NCBI GenBank assembly: GCA_966211495.1
Contig: CBIHOT010000020.1
Location: 5,188-69,187, forward strand
Reading direction: 5' to 3'
DNA: 64,000 nt
DNA from: an uncultured Roseateles sp.
Lineage (GTDB): Bacteria; Pseudomonadota; Gammaproteobacteria; Burkholderiales; Burkholderiaceae_C
The position numbers and the translations under genes are program-made. The notes beneath the pieces are model-generated. The model searched no databases. It saw only the letters and a list, made by a program, of their open reading frames with translations, and had not been told where the DNA came from. Positions 55,843 to 64,000 of the stretch are shown piece by piece (within the stretch, counting starts at the first letter, position 1; each line of letters starts with the position of its first letter).

Positions 55843-56391
55843 TCAGTACGCGCGCCCCTTGCGGAACTGCGCATGCTGGCGGCGCTCCAGCGTCGTGCTG
55901 CGGCTCATGGCCTCGAAGCTCACCCGCGCATGCGCATGCATGATGGCCAGCCCCAGCGCATCGGCCGCATCCTTGCCGGGCTCGCCTGGCAGGGACAGCA
56001 GTCGCTGCACCATCATCTGGATCTGCTCTTTCTTGGCATGGCCGTGGCCCACCACCGCCTTCTTCATCTGCAGCGCGGTGTATTCCGACACATGCAGATC
56101 GCAGGAGACCAGCGCCGTCAGCGCCGCACCGCGGGCCTGGCCCAGCAGCAGCGTCGACTGCGGATTGACGTTGACGAAGACGATTTCCACCGCGGCGCAC
56201 TGCGGCTGATACCGCGAGACCACTTCCCGCACCCCCTCATACAGGATCTTGATCCGGCCCGGCAGGTCACCGGTGGCGACGCTGCTGGTCTTGATCGTGC
56301 CACTGGCGACATACGACAGACGGGGCCCCTCCGCGTCGATGACGCCAAAGCCGGTGGTCTGCAGACCAGGGTCGATGCCGAGAATGCGCAT
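55843..56391 (-). CDS. ruvC: Crossover junction endodeoxyribonuclease RuvC
   Basis: [19 protein letters not shown]…[23 protein letters not shown]…[10 protein letters not shown]. Confidence 0.96.
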   Translation of the reverse strand: MRILGIDPGLQTTGFGVIDAEGPRLSYVASGTIKTSSVATGDLPGRIKILYEGVREVVSRYQPQCAAVEIVFVNVNPQSTLLLGQARGAALTALVSCDLHVSEYTALQMKKAVVGHGHAKKEQIQMMVQRLLSLPGEPGKDAADALGLAIMHAHARVSFEAMSRSTTLERRQHAQFRKGRAY

Positions 56392-56406
56392 GGCGTGGGT
56401 CCGGAA

Positions 56407-57402
56407 TCAGGGCTGCTTGCTGAAGTACCAGCGCACGGCATGGAAGAACACCGGCGCCGCAAAACACATCACCGCGATGCGGTCCAGCAGGCCCACCGCG
56501 CCGGTGATGGCGCTGCGGTTGCCCCAGGCGTTGATGCCGGCGTCCCGCTTGAGGGCCTGCATCACGAAGGCGCCGAAGCTGCCGCAACCGGCGGCCACCA
56601 GGGCGGCAATCGCGGCCTGACCGGCCTTGAAGGGGGTGATCCAGTAGAGCAGCGCCCCCACCAGCGCCGCGGTGAACACGCCGATCCACCAGGCCCGCAT
56701 CGAGAACGACCGGCTGATGTGCCGCGCCACCGGACGCGCCCGCATCTTGCCGGTGGCCACCTGCTGGGCGATCTGCCCGCAAGCCACCACCGCGACCAGG
56801 AAGAACAGCAGGAAAGCGCCCCGCCCTTCATAGCGCGGAATGTCCAGCAGCAGCAAGGCCGGCGCATGCGAGAGCCCGTAGACGCACACCATGATGCCCC
56901 ACTGGATCTTGGCATTGCGCTCCAGGAACCGGGCCGGGTCATCGGCCAGTGCGCTGGCCACCGGAATGGCGAGGAAGCCATACACCGGGATCAGCACCGA
57001 GAACAGATCGAAGTGGCGGGTGCCCACCAGCACATACTGCAGCGGCAGGATCACGAAGAACGCCAGAATCAGGCCGCGATGGTCCGCCCGGCGCGTGTGC
57101 AGCAGGGTGATGAATTCGCGGAAGGCCAGGAAGGAGAACACGCCGAACAGCAGCGTCGCGCCCACCGGTCCGGACACCCAGGCGGCCCAGAACAGGCAGG
57201 CGCCCACCCAGACCATGTTGAGTTCATGCCGGAAACGGGCGCGGCGTTGCTGCCAGTCGTCCTGCTCCTGGTCGGAGCGTTCGCGCAGGGACCACAGCAG
57301 CGAGCCAATGGTCACCAGGATCAGCATGCCGAACAGCACCACGAACAGCGCCGCCACCTGCTCGCTGGTCGTCAAGGTCTTGAGCCACCTCATTCCTTCC
57401 AC
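56407..57402 (-). CDS. Phosphatidate cytidylyltransferase family protein (CdsA-like)
   Basis: Polytopic 331-aa protein with the C-terminal CDS-family signature-like SFGAFVMQALKRDAGINAWGN…ITGAVGLLDRIA. Confidence 0.8.
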   Translation of the reverse strand: MEGMRWLKTLTTSEQVAALFVVLFGMLILVTIGSLLWSLRERSDQEQDDWQQRRARFRHELNMVWVGACLFWAAWVSGPVGATLLFGVFSFLAFREFITLLHTRRADHRGLILAFFVILPLQYVLVGTRHFDLFSVLIPVYGFLAIPVASALADDPARFLERNAKIQWGIMVCVYGLSHAPALLLLDIPRYEGRGAFLLFFLVAVVACGQIAQQVATGKMRARPVARHISRSFSMRAWWIGVFTAALVGALLYWITPFKAGQAAIAALVAAGCGSFGAFVMQALKRDAGINAWGNRSAITGAVGLLDRIAVMCFAAPVFFHAVRWYFSKQP

Positions 57403-58028
57403 CCTCCCGGCCGCTGGGCCATGACGGCCGCCCGGGCCCGCTCCAGGAAGGCGCGCTTGTCTTCACCCGGCTCCAGCCGCAGCGGCGCGCCGAAGGTGAC
57501 GGTGCACAGGATGGGCACCGGCACGACCTCGCCCTTGGGCATCACCCGTTGCACGTTGTCGATCCAGGTGGGGATCAGCTCCACATCGGGGAACTGTTCC
57601 GCGAGGTGATAGAGACCGGCCTTGAACGGCTGCGGCGCGCCCTTGTTGGAGCGGGTGCCTTCCGGAAAGATCACCAGCGAATCGCCGGACTGCAGCGCCT
57701 CCACCAGCGGCTCCAGCGGATCTTCATCCGGCGTGGCGCGGGTGCGGCTCACATAGACGGCATTGAACACGGCCGTGGTCAGCCAGGTCCGCAGCTTGCT
57801 GCCGGTCCAGTAGTCACGGGCGGCGATGGGGCGGGTACGGGCACGCAATTCGGATGGGAGCGATGCCCAGATCAGCACCCAGTCGAAATGGCTCTGATGG
57901 TTGGCAAAGTAGATCCGCTGGTCCGCAGTCGGCGGGCAACCCTTCCAATGACCCTGCGCACCCGTGATGAGGCGCGCCAGCCAGGCCAGGAAGAGGCCGG
58001 TGGTGTCGGCTAAGAACATGGGCCGCAT
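57390..58028 (-). CDS. Lysophospholipid (1-acyl-sn-glycerol-3-phosphate) acyltransferase family protein
   Basis: Track ORF extends to 58619, but the N-terminal 197 codons look like an artefact. The real protein starts near MRPMFL (58028). It has the HX4D motif NHQSHFDW and an FPEGTRS motif. Its stop overlaps the cdsA-like start. Confidence 0.85.
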   Translation of the reverse strand: MRPMFLADTTGLFLAWLARLITGAQGHWKGCPPTADQRIYFANHQSHFDWVLIWASLPSELRARTRPIAARDYWTGSKLRTWLTTAVFNAVYVSRTRATPDEDPLEPLVEALQSGDSLVIFPEGTRSNKGAPQPFKAGLYHLAEQFPDVELIPTWIDNVQRVMPKGEVVPVPILCTVTFGAPLRLEPGEDKRAFLERARAAVMAQRPGGWKE

Positions 58029-58139
58029 TATCTCCGGACGGCGGTGCATCCGCGGCTTGCGGCCACCGCGGGCCGGCGCGATGATCGGCCGCCTGGAGAG
58101 AGTCCCTCTGCAGCCCATTCCAAACAGGAGACAGACAGC

Positions 58140-58565
58140 ATGAACATTTCGCGATCCATGTTGACCTCGACGGCCCTCGTCCACCGCGCCGGCCGCGTCA
58201 CCGTCCGCAGCCTTGCGCTGGCCGTGGTGCTGGCCGCATCCGCCGGTGCGGCCTCGGCCCAGCAGGCCCCCGCCATGGTCAAGGACGGCGCCCTGGTGGG
58301 CACCAACGGGATGACGCTCTACACTTTCGACAAGGACAGCGAAGGTAAGAGCGCCTGCAACGGCCCCTGCGCCAAGAACTGGCCGCCCTTGCTGGCCAAG
58401 GCGGATGACCTCGCCTCCGGTGACTGGTCCATCATCACTCGCGACGACGGCGCCAAGCAGTGGGCCTACAAGGGCAAGCCGGTGTACTTCTGGGTGAAGG
58501 ACACCAAACCCGGCGAGCGCACCGGCGACGGCGTGAACAATGTCTGGCATACGGCCAAGCCCTGA
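58140..58565 (+). CDS. Secreted protein with Yx(FWY)xxD repeats (COG4315-like)
   Basis: Track ORF starts at 58044. After a signal peptide it has GMTLYTFDKDSEGKSACNGPCAKNWPPL and WAYKGKPVYFWVKD repeats. Confidence 0.8.
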   Translation: MNISRSMLTSTALVHRAGRVTVRSLALAVVLAASAGAASAQQAPAMVKDGALVGTNGMTLYTFDKDSEGKSACNGPCAKNWPPLLAKADDLASGDWSIITRDDGAKQWAYKGKPVYFWVKDTKPGERTGDGVNNVWHTAKP

Positions 58566-58608
58566 ATGACTGAACTGAGCGCATGAAGTAAGCGCATGAC
58601 CTGACCCG

Positions 58609-58645
58609 CCGGCCCGCACGATGGTGTGGGGGCCGGTGTTTTTTT
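58609..58645 (+). terminator. Rho-independent terminator after the COG4315-like gene
   Basis: Stem CCGGCCC/GGGCCGG (58609-58615/58630-58636) followed by TG-TTTTTTT (58639-58645). Confidence 0.7.
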
Positions 58646-58662
58646 ACCGCTTCGCCTTTCGC

Positions 58663-60414
58663 ATGACCCTTCAACAGTTGATCGGCGGCCACATGCGCCG
58701 CCACTGGCGGCCCTACGCTGCCAGTGCCCTGATGCTCAGCACCATTGCCGTGCTGACGGTCTGGATTCCCCGCCAGGTGGGCCATGTGGTGGACGACCTG
58801 GTCGCCCAGCGCCTGACCGGCTGGAATCTGGCCTCCCAGCTGGGGCTGCTGCTGCTGGCGGGGCTCAGCATCTATCTGCTGCGGGTGGGCTGGCGGCTGG
58901 CGCTGTACGCGACGGCGTACGAACTGGGCCGCGGACTGCGGCAGCGGCTGTACGACCAGATGACCCGGCAGGGGCCCGCCTTCTTCCATGCGCAGCGCAC
59001 CGGCGACCTGATGGCGCTGGCCACCAACGACATCGACGCCATCGAGATGGCCGCCGGGGAAGCGCTGCTGGCCGCCTTTGACGGCAGCCTGACCTTCATC
59101 CTGGTCGTCAGCATGATGACCCTGAGCGTCGATGCACGCCTGGGCCTGGCCGCGCTGGCGCCCTTCCCGTTCATGGCGTATGCCTTCTGGCGCATCTCGG
59201 AGCGGGTGCACAAGGCCTGGTCGGATTCGCTCACCCGCTTTTCATCGCTGAACCAGCAGGTGCAGGACAGCCTGGCCGGCGTACGTACCGTGCGGGCGCT
59301 GGGTCTGGTGAACCGCAGTCGCAGCCAGTTTGCCGAACTCGCGCGGGATGCAGGGGAAGCGTCCTATCAGGCGCAGCGATGGGAGGCGATGTTCGAACCA
59401 GCGGTGGGGCTGTCGCTGTCGGCCGCCACCGTGATCGCCCTCGGCACCGGCGCGTGGCTGGTGTCGCGCAATGAGATCACCATCGGCCAGCTGACCGCCT
59501 TCACCATGTATCTGGCGCAGCTGATCTGGCCGATGTTTGCTGCGGGCTGGGTGCTGTCCCTGCTGGAACGGGGCCGGGCTGGCTGGAGTCGTCTCGAACC
59601 GGTGCTCAACGCGCCGGACGGTTTGCAGGACCTGGGCCGGGAGGACATGCCCTCGCCCGCGCCGGTCACCTGGGACCGGATCGGCTTTCACTATCCCGGC
59701 ATGACGCAGCCGGCGCTCAGCGACATCGACCTGCGCTGGCTGCCCGGACAGACGCTGGGCATCGTTGGGCCGACCGGCTCGGGCAAATCGACCCTGCTCA
59801 AGCTGCTGCTGCGGCAGTACGAACCCAGCGCGGGCCGTCTGCTGCTGGGCGATCTGGAGGCGCCGCAGGTGCGCCTGGCCGCCTTGCGAGCCGCCATCGC
59901 CTGGGTGCCGCAGGAGCCCTTCCTGTTTTCCGCTTCCATCGCCGACAACATCGCGCTCGCGCGTCCGCAGGCGAGCCGTGAAGAGATCATGGCCGTGGCC
60001 GAGCTCGCCGCCGTGCATGCCGACGTGGCCGCGCTGCCGCAGGGCTACGACACGCTGGTGGGCGAACGCGGCGTGACCCTCTCCGGCGGTCAGCGGCAGC
60101 GGGTGGCGATTGCCCGCGCCCTGCTGGCCGGCGCGCCGCTGCTGCTGCTGGACGACGCCCTGTCCGCCGTGGACAGCGGCACTGAAACCGAAATCCTCGC
60201 CCACTGGCGCGAGCTGCGGCAGGCGCATCCGGAGCGGAGCCTGGCGGTGGTGAGCCACCGGCTCTCGGCGGTGATGGATGCCGACGAGATCGTGGTGCTC
60301 AAGCAGGGCCGCATCATCGAGCGCGGCACCCATGCCTCGCTGCTCGCCCTGGACGGCTGGTATGCCAGCCAATGGCGCTATCAACAACTGGAGGCGAGCC
60401 TTGACGCAGCCTGA
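58663..60414 (+). CDS. ABC transporter, fused permease/ATPase (MdlA-like exporter half)
   Basis: The track ORF starts at 58621, inside the terminator, so MTLQQL (58663) is more likely. It has six TM segments, Walker A GPTGSGKST, signature LSGGQRQR and Walker B LLLLDDALS. Confidence 0.9.
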   Translation: MTLQQLIGGHMRRHWRPYAASALMLSTIAVLTVWIPRQVGHVVDDLVAQRLTGWNLASQLGLLLLAGLSIYLLRVGWRLALYATAYELGRGLRQRLYDQMTRQGPAFFHAQRTGDLMALATNDIDAIEMAAGEALLAAFDGSLTFILVVSMMTLSVDARLGLAALAPFPFMAYAFWRISERVHKAWSDSLTRFSSLNQQVQDSLAGVRTVRALGLVNRSRSQFAELARDAGEASYQAQRWEAMFEPAVGLSLSAATVIALGTGAWLVSRNEITIGQLTAFTMYLAQLIWPMFAAGWVLSLLERGRAGWSRLEPVLNAPDGLQDLGREDMPSPAPVTWDRIGFHYPGMTQPALSDIDLRWLPGQTLGIVGPTGSGKSTLLKLLLRQYEPSAGRLLLGDLEAPQVRLAALRAAIAWVPQEPFLFSASIADNIALARPQASREEIMAVAELAAVHADVAALPQGYDTLVGERGVTLSGGQRQRVAIARALLAGAPLLLLDDALSAVDSGTETEILAHWRELRQAHPERSLAVVSHRLSAVMDADEIVVLKQGRIIERGTHASLLALDGWYASQWRYQQLEASLDAA

Positions 60415-62185
60415 GGCCCGGGACGGCGCGTCCGACGGGCAGACGCAAGAACATTCCCCCCGCGAGGCGCTGGCCCTGCTGGCGCAGGCCGCCGCGCCAG
60501 AACGACGCGGACTGATGAAGGGCCTGGGCTGGCTGACGGTGGCCGCGGCGCTGGAGGCCATCGGACCCATCCTGGGCAAGCACTTCATCGACAACCATGT
60601 GCTGCCGCGGCAGTTCGACCTCGGCGCCATGGCCGGCCTGCTGGCCGCGATGCTGCTGGCCGGCTGGGTGGCCAGCCTGACGCGTTATGCGCAGCTGCGC
60701 CGCATGGCGGCGGTGGCGCGTCGCTCCGTGCTGCGGCTGCGCGAGCAGGTCTATGCGCATGTGATGGCGCAGCCGATGGCTTTCTTCGACCGCAGCATCA
60801 CCGGGCAACTGCTCAGCCGCATCACCAATGACACCGATGCGGTCAACAACCTCTACCGCCAGGTGCTGTTCGTGATGCTGGATTCCAGCATCGTGGTGCT
60901 GGGCGCCCTGGTGGCCATGGCCTGGCTGGACTGGCGGCTGATGCTGATCGTGCTGGCGCTGGTGCCGGCCAGCTCCGGCATCATCTGGCTGTATCAGCGC
61001 GCCAGCAGCGGGCCGGTGCAACGGGCCCGTGCGCTGCGGGCCGACCTCAATGCGCAGATGGCCGAGAGCATGGCCGGCATGGCGATGCTGCAGTCCGCCG
61101 GCGCCACGGCGCGCTTTGCGCAGCGCTACGAAGCGGTGAACCAGGCGCAGCTGCGGGCACGGGTGCAGGAACTGCGCGCCAACGCCTGGCTGCTGCGGCC
61201 GGCCCTGGACCTGCTGAATGTGCTGCTGATCGTCACCGTGATCTTTGGTTTCGGTCAGCGGGAGCTGTCCGGCGTGGAGGTGGGGCTGCTGTATGCCTTC
61301 CTGGCCTACATCGCGCGGGTGGTCGAGCCGCTGATCCAGATCACGATGCAGTTCAGCCAGTTGCAGCAGGCGCTGGTGGCCGCTTCACGGGTGCGGGCCC
61401 TGCTGCGGGAACCGATGCCGATGCAGGACCAGCATGCCGAGCTGACGGTGCAGCACGGGGCCATTCATTTTGACCATCTGAGCTTTGGCTACAAGGCCGA
61501 TCATCTGGTGCTGCAGGATCTGGATCTGAAGATCGAGGCCGGCAGTTTCGTCGGCATCGCCGGCCATACCGGATCGGGCAAGTCCACCCTGCTGGCGCTG
61601 CTGCTGCGCTTCTACGCCCCACGCACCGGTCGCATCCTGGTGGACGGCCAGCCGCTGGACCAGTTGCCGGACGAGGCCTTCCATCAGGCGGTCGGGCTGG
61701 TGCCGCAGGAGCCATATTTGGTGGCGGGCACGGTGCGGGACAACATCCGCATGGGCCGGCCCATCAGCGATGAGCGACTGGAAGCCGCAGCCAGGGCCGC
61801 ACGGGCGCATGAGTTCCTGGCCGCTCTGCCGCAGGGCTGGGACAGCCGCCTGGGGGATGGCGGTCTGGCGGTCTCGACCGGTCAGAAGCAGCTGATCGCG
61901 CTGGCACGTGCATTGGCCGGTGATCCGCGCATCCTGCTGCTGGACGAGGCGACCGCCAACATCGACAGTGCCACCGAGGCGCAGGTCAGCGAGGCGCTCC
62001 GCGCGCTGCGTGGACAGGTGACGGTGGTGGCGATTGCGCACCGGCTGTCCACCATCCGCGATGCCGATCAGATTGTCGTCCTGAACCACGGCCGTCTGGC
62101 CGAGCGCGGCACCCATGACGCGCTGATGGGCATCGACGGCGGGATCTATCAGCGGCTGGTGCAGTTGCAGGCGCTGGAGGACTGA
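60401..62185 (+). CDS. ABC transporter, fused permease/ATPase (MdlB-like exporter half); start uncertain
   Basis: Track ORF starts at 60278. An in-frame TTG at 60401 is preceded by GGAGG and overlaps the upstream stop. Walker A is GHTGSGKST, the signature is STGQKQL and Walker B is ILLLDEAT. Confidence 0.88.
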   Translation: MTQPEARDGASDGQTQEHSPREALALLAQAAAPERRGLMKGLGWLTVAAALEAIGPILGKHFIDNHVLPRQFDLGAMAGLLAAMLLAGWVASLTRYAQLRRMAAVARRSVLRLREQVYAHVMAQPMAFFDRSITGQLLSRITNDTDAVNNLYRQVLFVMLDSSIVVLGALVAMAWLDWRLMLIVLALVPASSGIIWLYQRASSGPVQRARALRADLNAQMAESMAGMAMLQSAGATARFAQRYEAVNQAQLRARVQELRANAWLLRPALDLLNVLLIVTVIFGFGQRELSGVEVGLLYAFLAYIARVVEPLIQITMQFSQLQQALVAASRVRALLREPMPMQDQHAELTVQHGAIHFDHLSFGYKADHLVLQDLDLKIEAGSFVGIAGHTGSGKSTLLALLLRFYAPRTGRILVDGQPLDQLPDEAFHQAVGLVPQEPYLVAGTVRDNIRMGRPISDERLEAAARAARAHEFLAALPQGWDSRLGDGGLAVSTGQKQLIALARALAGDPRILLLDEATANIDSATEAQVSEALRALRGQVTVVAIAHRLSTIRDADQIVVLNHGRLAERGTHDALMGIDGGIYQRLVQLQALED

Positions 62186-62613
62186 GCGGACAAGCGCTGC
62201 TGGCCCGGCTCACTGGCGGCTGGCGCTGGCATCCAGTCGAACAGAGCAGGGTTGAACGCGGCGTCGGAGGCGGGGTCGCAGGGCAGTTGGGTGAAGCTGC
62301 GGCGCACCGCCCAACCGATCTGACCCTTGGCCGTTTTGACCTGGATCACCAGAGGGTCACACGGCCCGTCCGCCACGGCGGCCAGAGCGGTTTCGTATTC
62401 GAAGGTGACCGGCGCACTGCCCAGCCGTCCGCTGGCGACCGCGCTGGCATCGCCGCGGGTGGCGTAGACGGACAGGACCGGTCCCTGCCTTGCAGCTCCC
62501 GCTTCTGCGGCGGGGCTTTGGCATGCGGAAACCGCGGCCACGGCAGCCGCCAGCAGCGCTGAACGATATGCCGCCCGAAGGCCGGGGCGGAGCAGACGCA
62601 GATGAGCGTTCAT
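62149..62613 (-). CDS. Hypothetical lipoprotein
   Basis: Signal peptide ending in the lipobox AVSAC. No domain recognised. The 3' end overlaps the ABC gene 3' end by 37 nt. Confidence 0.55.
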   Translation of the reverse strand: MNAHLRLLRPGLRAAYRSALLAAAVAAVSACQSPAAEAGAARQGPVLSVYATRGDASAVASGRLGSAPVTFEYETALAAVADGPCDPLVIQVKTAKGQIGWAVRRSFTQLPCDPASDAAFNPALFDWMPAPAASEPGQQRLSAQSSSACNCTSR

Positions 62614-62655
62614 GAAGCCGGATCACGCAATGAGATCCGGCGAGTCTAGGGGGAA

Positions 62656-63072
62656 TCAGCGGGCGTCCGCCAGCACCCCCTCAGAGGGAGCCTGATAGTG
62701 GGCATGCTCAACGAAGCCGACATCGGAACGTGCATCTGCCGTGGTAGCACCGAGCATGACCCGACCGGCAGGCCGAGCGCTTGGGGCGCTTCGGGCATTT
62801 GTGGAGTTTGGGGCAATGAAGGCGGTGCGAGCGGCCACCGGCGGCTGCGGCGTCACGGAGACGGTCACAAGACCACCCGCCGTGGCCAGGGTCAACGTTC
62901 GCGGCTGCGACTGCGCGGTCAGGGCTTCGAGCTGGTGAAGCCGCGCGATGCGCTCGCTTTTGGCCCGGAACTCCGACGGTTTCACCAGCGCCGTCAGCGC
63001 CGACGCCGCCGCAGCGCCGACCAGCACCAACCCCATCACATCCAGAAGCCGTTCACTCGACACGTACCGCAT
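62656..63072 (-). CDS. Hypothetical protein with one N-terminal TM segment
   Basis: Track ORF extends to 63183. The likely start is MRYVSSERLL (CAT 63070-63072). The TM segment is VMGLVLVGAAAASALTAL. Confidence 0.45.
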   Translation of the reverse strand: MRYVSSERLLDVMGLVLVGAAAASALTALVKPSEFRAKSERIARLHQLEALTAQSQPRTLTLATAGGLVTVSVTPQPPVAARTAFIAPNSTNARSAPSARPAGRVMLGATTADARSDVGFVEHAHYQAPSEGVLADAR

Positions 63073-63279
63073 GTCAAATCTCCCCCGCCGTGGACCGGCG
63101 TCTCCCGAGGTGACCTGAAGCCGCGCCGGTGTTGCCTGGCGCGGAATGATCGGGCACGGCGTTCCGCCAGCCCATGGGAGCACTGTAGGCCGGTGCGCGG
63201 CGGGAGAAAAGTCCGGGTCAGCCTGAATGCGCTGTGCAGCAATTGCCTACAAAGCGCGCCATCGGGGGAGCCGGAACGG

Positions 63280-63465
63280 TCAGAGCAGCTTCGCGAGCGT
63301 CTCCAGCACCAGCACCGCGAAAGCGCCAATACCGGCAATGACGGTCCATTTGACCAACACGATGCCGCGCCAGCGCCACACCGGATTGCGGGTGCCGACA
63401 TAGACGGCAAAGCACACCAGACCCGCGGCCAGCAGCAGGCCGATCACCAGACGGATCATTGTCAT
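63280..63465 (-). CDS. Small two-TM membrane protein (61 aa)
   Basis: MTMIRLVIGLLLAAGLVCFAVYV…WTVIAGIGAFAVLVL has host-like codon bias. It lies directly downstream of lpxC. Confidence 0.55.
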   Translation of the reverse strand: MTMIRLVIGLLLAAGLVCFAVYVGTRNPVWRWRGIVLVKWTVIAGIGAFAVLVLETLAKLL

Positions 63466-63511
63466 CGGACACCTGCCCGTTCAGCGGCCATCCCGGCCGA
63501 GGTCCGCTGGA

Positions 63512-64000
63512 TCACCATGCCGGAGCGAGTTCCGCAAAGCCGACCGGAGCTTCCCGCTCGTCCTCAAAAGTGACGATGTCGTAGGCCTCGGAGTCCTTCA
63601 GCAGCTCACGCAGCAGCAGGTTGTTCAGGGCATGGCCGCCCTTGAAGGAGGTGTAGGCCGCCAGCAGCGGATGACCCACCACCTGCATGTCGCCAATCGC
63701 GTCCAGGATCTTGTGCTTCACGAATTCGTCGTCGTAGCGCAGGCCTTCCGAGTTGAGCACCCGGTAGTCGTCCACCACGATGGCGTTGTCCATGCTGCCG
63801 CCCAGGGTCAGGCCGCGCGAGCGCATCAGCTCGATGTCCTTGGTCATGCCGAAGGTGCGGGCCCGGGCGATCTCGCGCTTGTAGCCGCCGCTGCCCATGT
63901 CGAAGACATATTGCTGGCCGGTCGCGGCCACGGCGGGGTTGTCGAATTCGATCTCGAAGCTGAGCGTATAGCCGTGGTGAGGCACCAGACGCGCCCACAT
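63512..64000 (-). CDS. lpxC: UDP-3-O-acyl-N-acetylglucosamine deacetylase, C-terminal part (truncated by the window edge)
   Basis: …[32 protein letters not shown]…[12 protein letters not shown]…[10 protein letters not shown] matches the LpxC C-terminal domain. The ORF runs off the window. Confidence 0.93.
   Translation of the reverse strand: MWARLVPHHGYTLSFEIEFDNPAVAATGQQYVFDMGSGGYKREIARARTFGMTKDIELMRSRGLTLGGSMDNAIVVDDYRVLNSEGLRYDDEFVKHKILDAIGDMQVVGHPLLAAYTSFKGGHALNNLLLRELLKDSEAYDIVTFEDEREAPVGFAELAPAW

Noticed and set aside
57390-58619. A 409-aa version of the acyltransferase ORF.
   Set aside because: The N-terminal ~197 codons are antisense to the COG4315-like gene and its signal-peptide region, and they have no acyltransferase similarity. 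The conserved domain starts near MRPMFL (58028).

Overview
This is a high-GC chromosomal segment. Gene content and synteny suggest a betaproteobacterium of the Burkholderiales, possibly the Comamonadaceae or Rubrivivax-Leptothrix group; this is inference. Most of the window is densely packed core housekeeping: secA, tRNA-Thr, sspAB, petABC (cytochrome bc1), mscL, pdxA, tatABC, hisIE, slmA, argB, dtd, dusB-fis-purH, ruvC, phospholipid genes, an MdlAB-like ABC exporter pair and the 3' part of lpxC. The many long ORFs antisense to these genes look like GC-bias artefacts. Three stretches look accessory or poorly characterised. (1) About 26.4-29.3 kb holds an atypical-composition orphan ORF, a small conserved hypothetical, a Crp/Fnr regulator whose start is abutted by a perfect palindrome, and a GNAT, followed by a LexA-box-controlled imuA-imuB-dnaE2 mutagenesis cassette. 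(2) About 35.9-40.5 kb holds an unannotated 23-codon hydrophobic micro-ORF, a low-complexity membrane protein, two orphans, a roughly 100-nt strand-specific RNA hairpin, and an all-helical regulator-like orphan next to a lipoprotein-type class D beta-lactamase. (3) About 62.1-63.5 kb holds three small secreted or membrane hypotheticals. A recurring sequence-level oddity is short tandem repeats with 9-14 bp units. They start on or immediately after stop codons and just upstream of terminators, and several place TGA/TAA in more than one reading frame. I saw no CRISPR array, rRNA, transposase, integrase or phage genes. I found no clear multi-gene novel system; the most promising leads are the hairpin/orphan/OXA locus and the stop-codon repeats.
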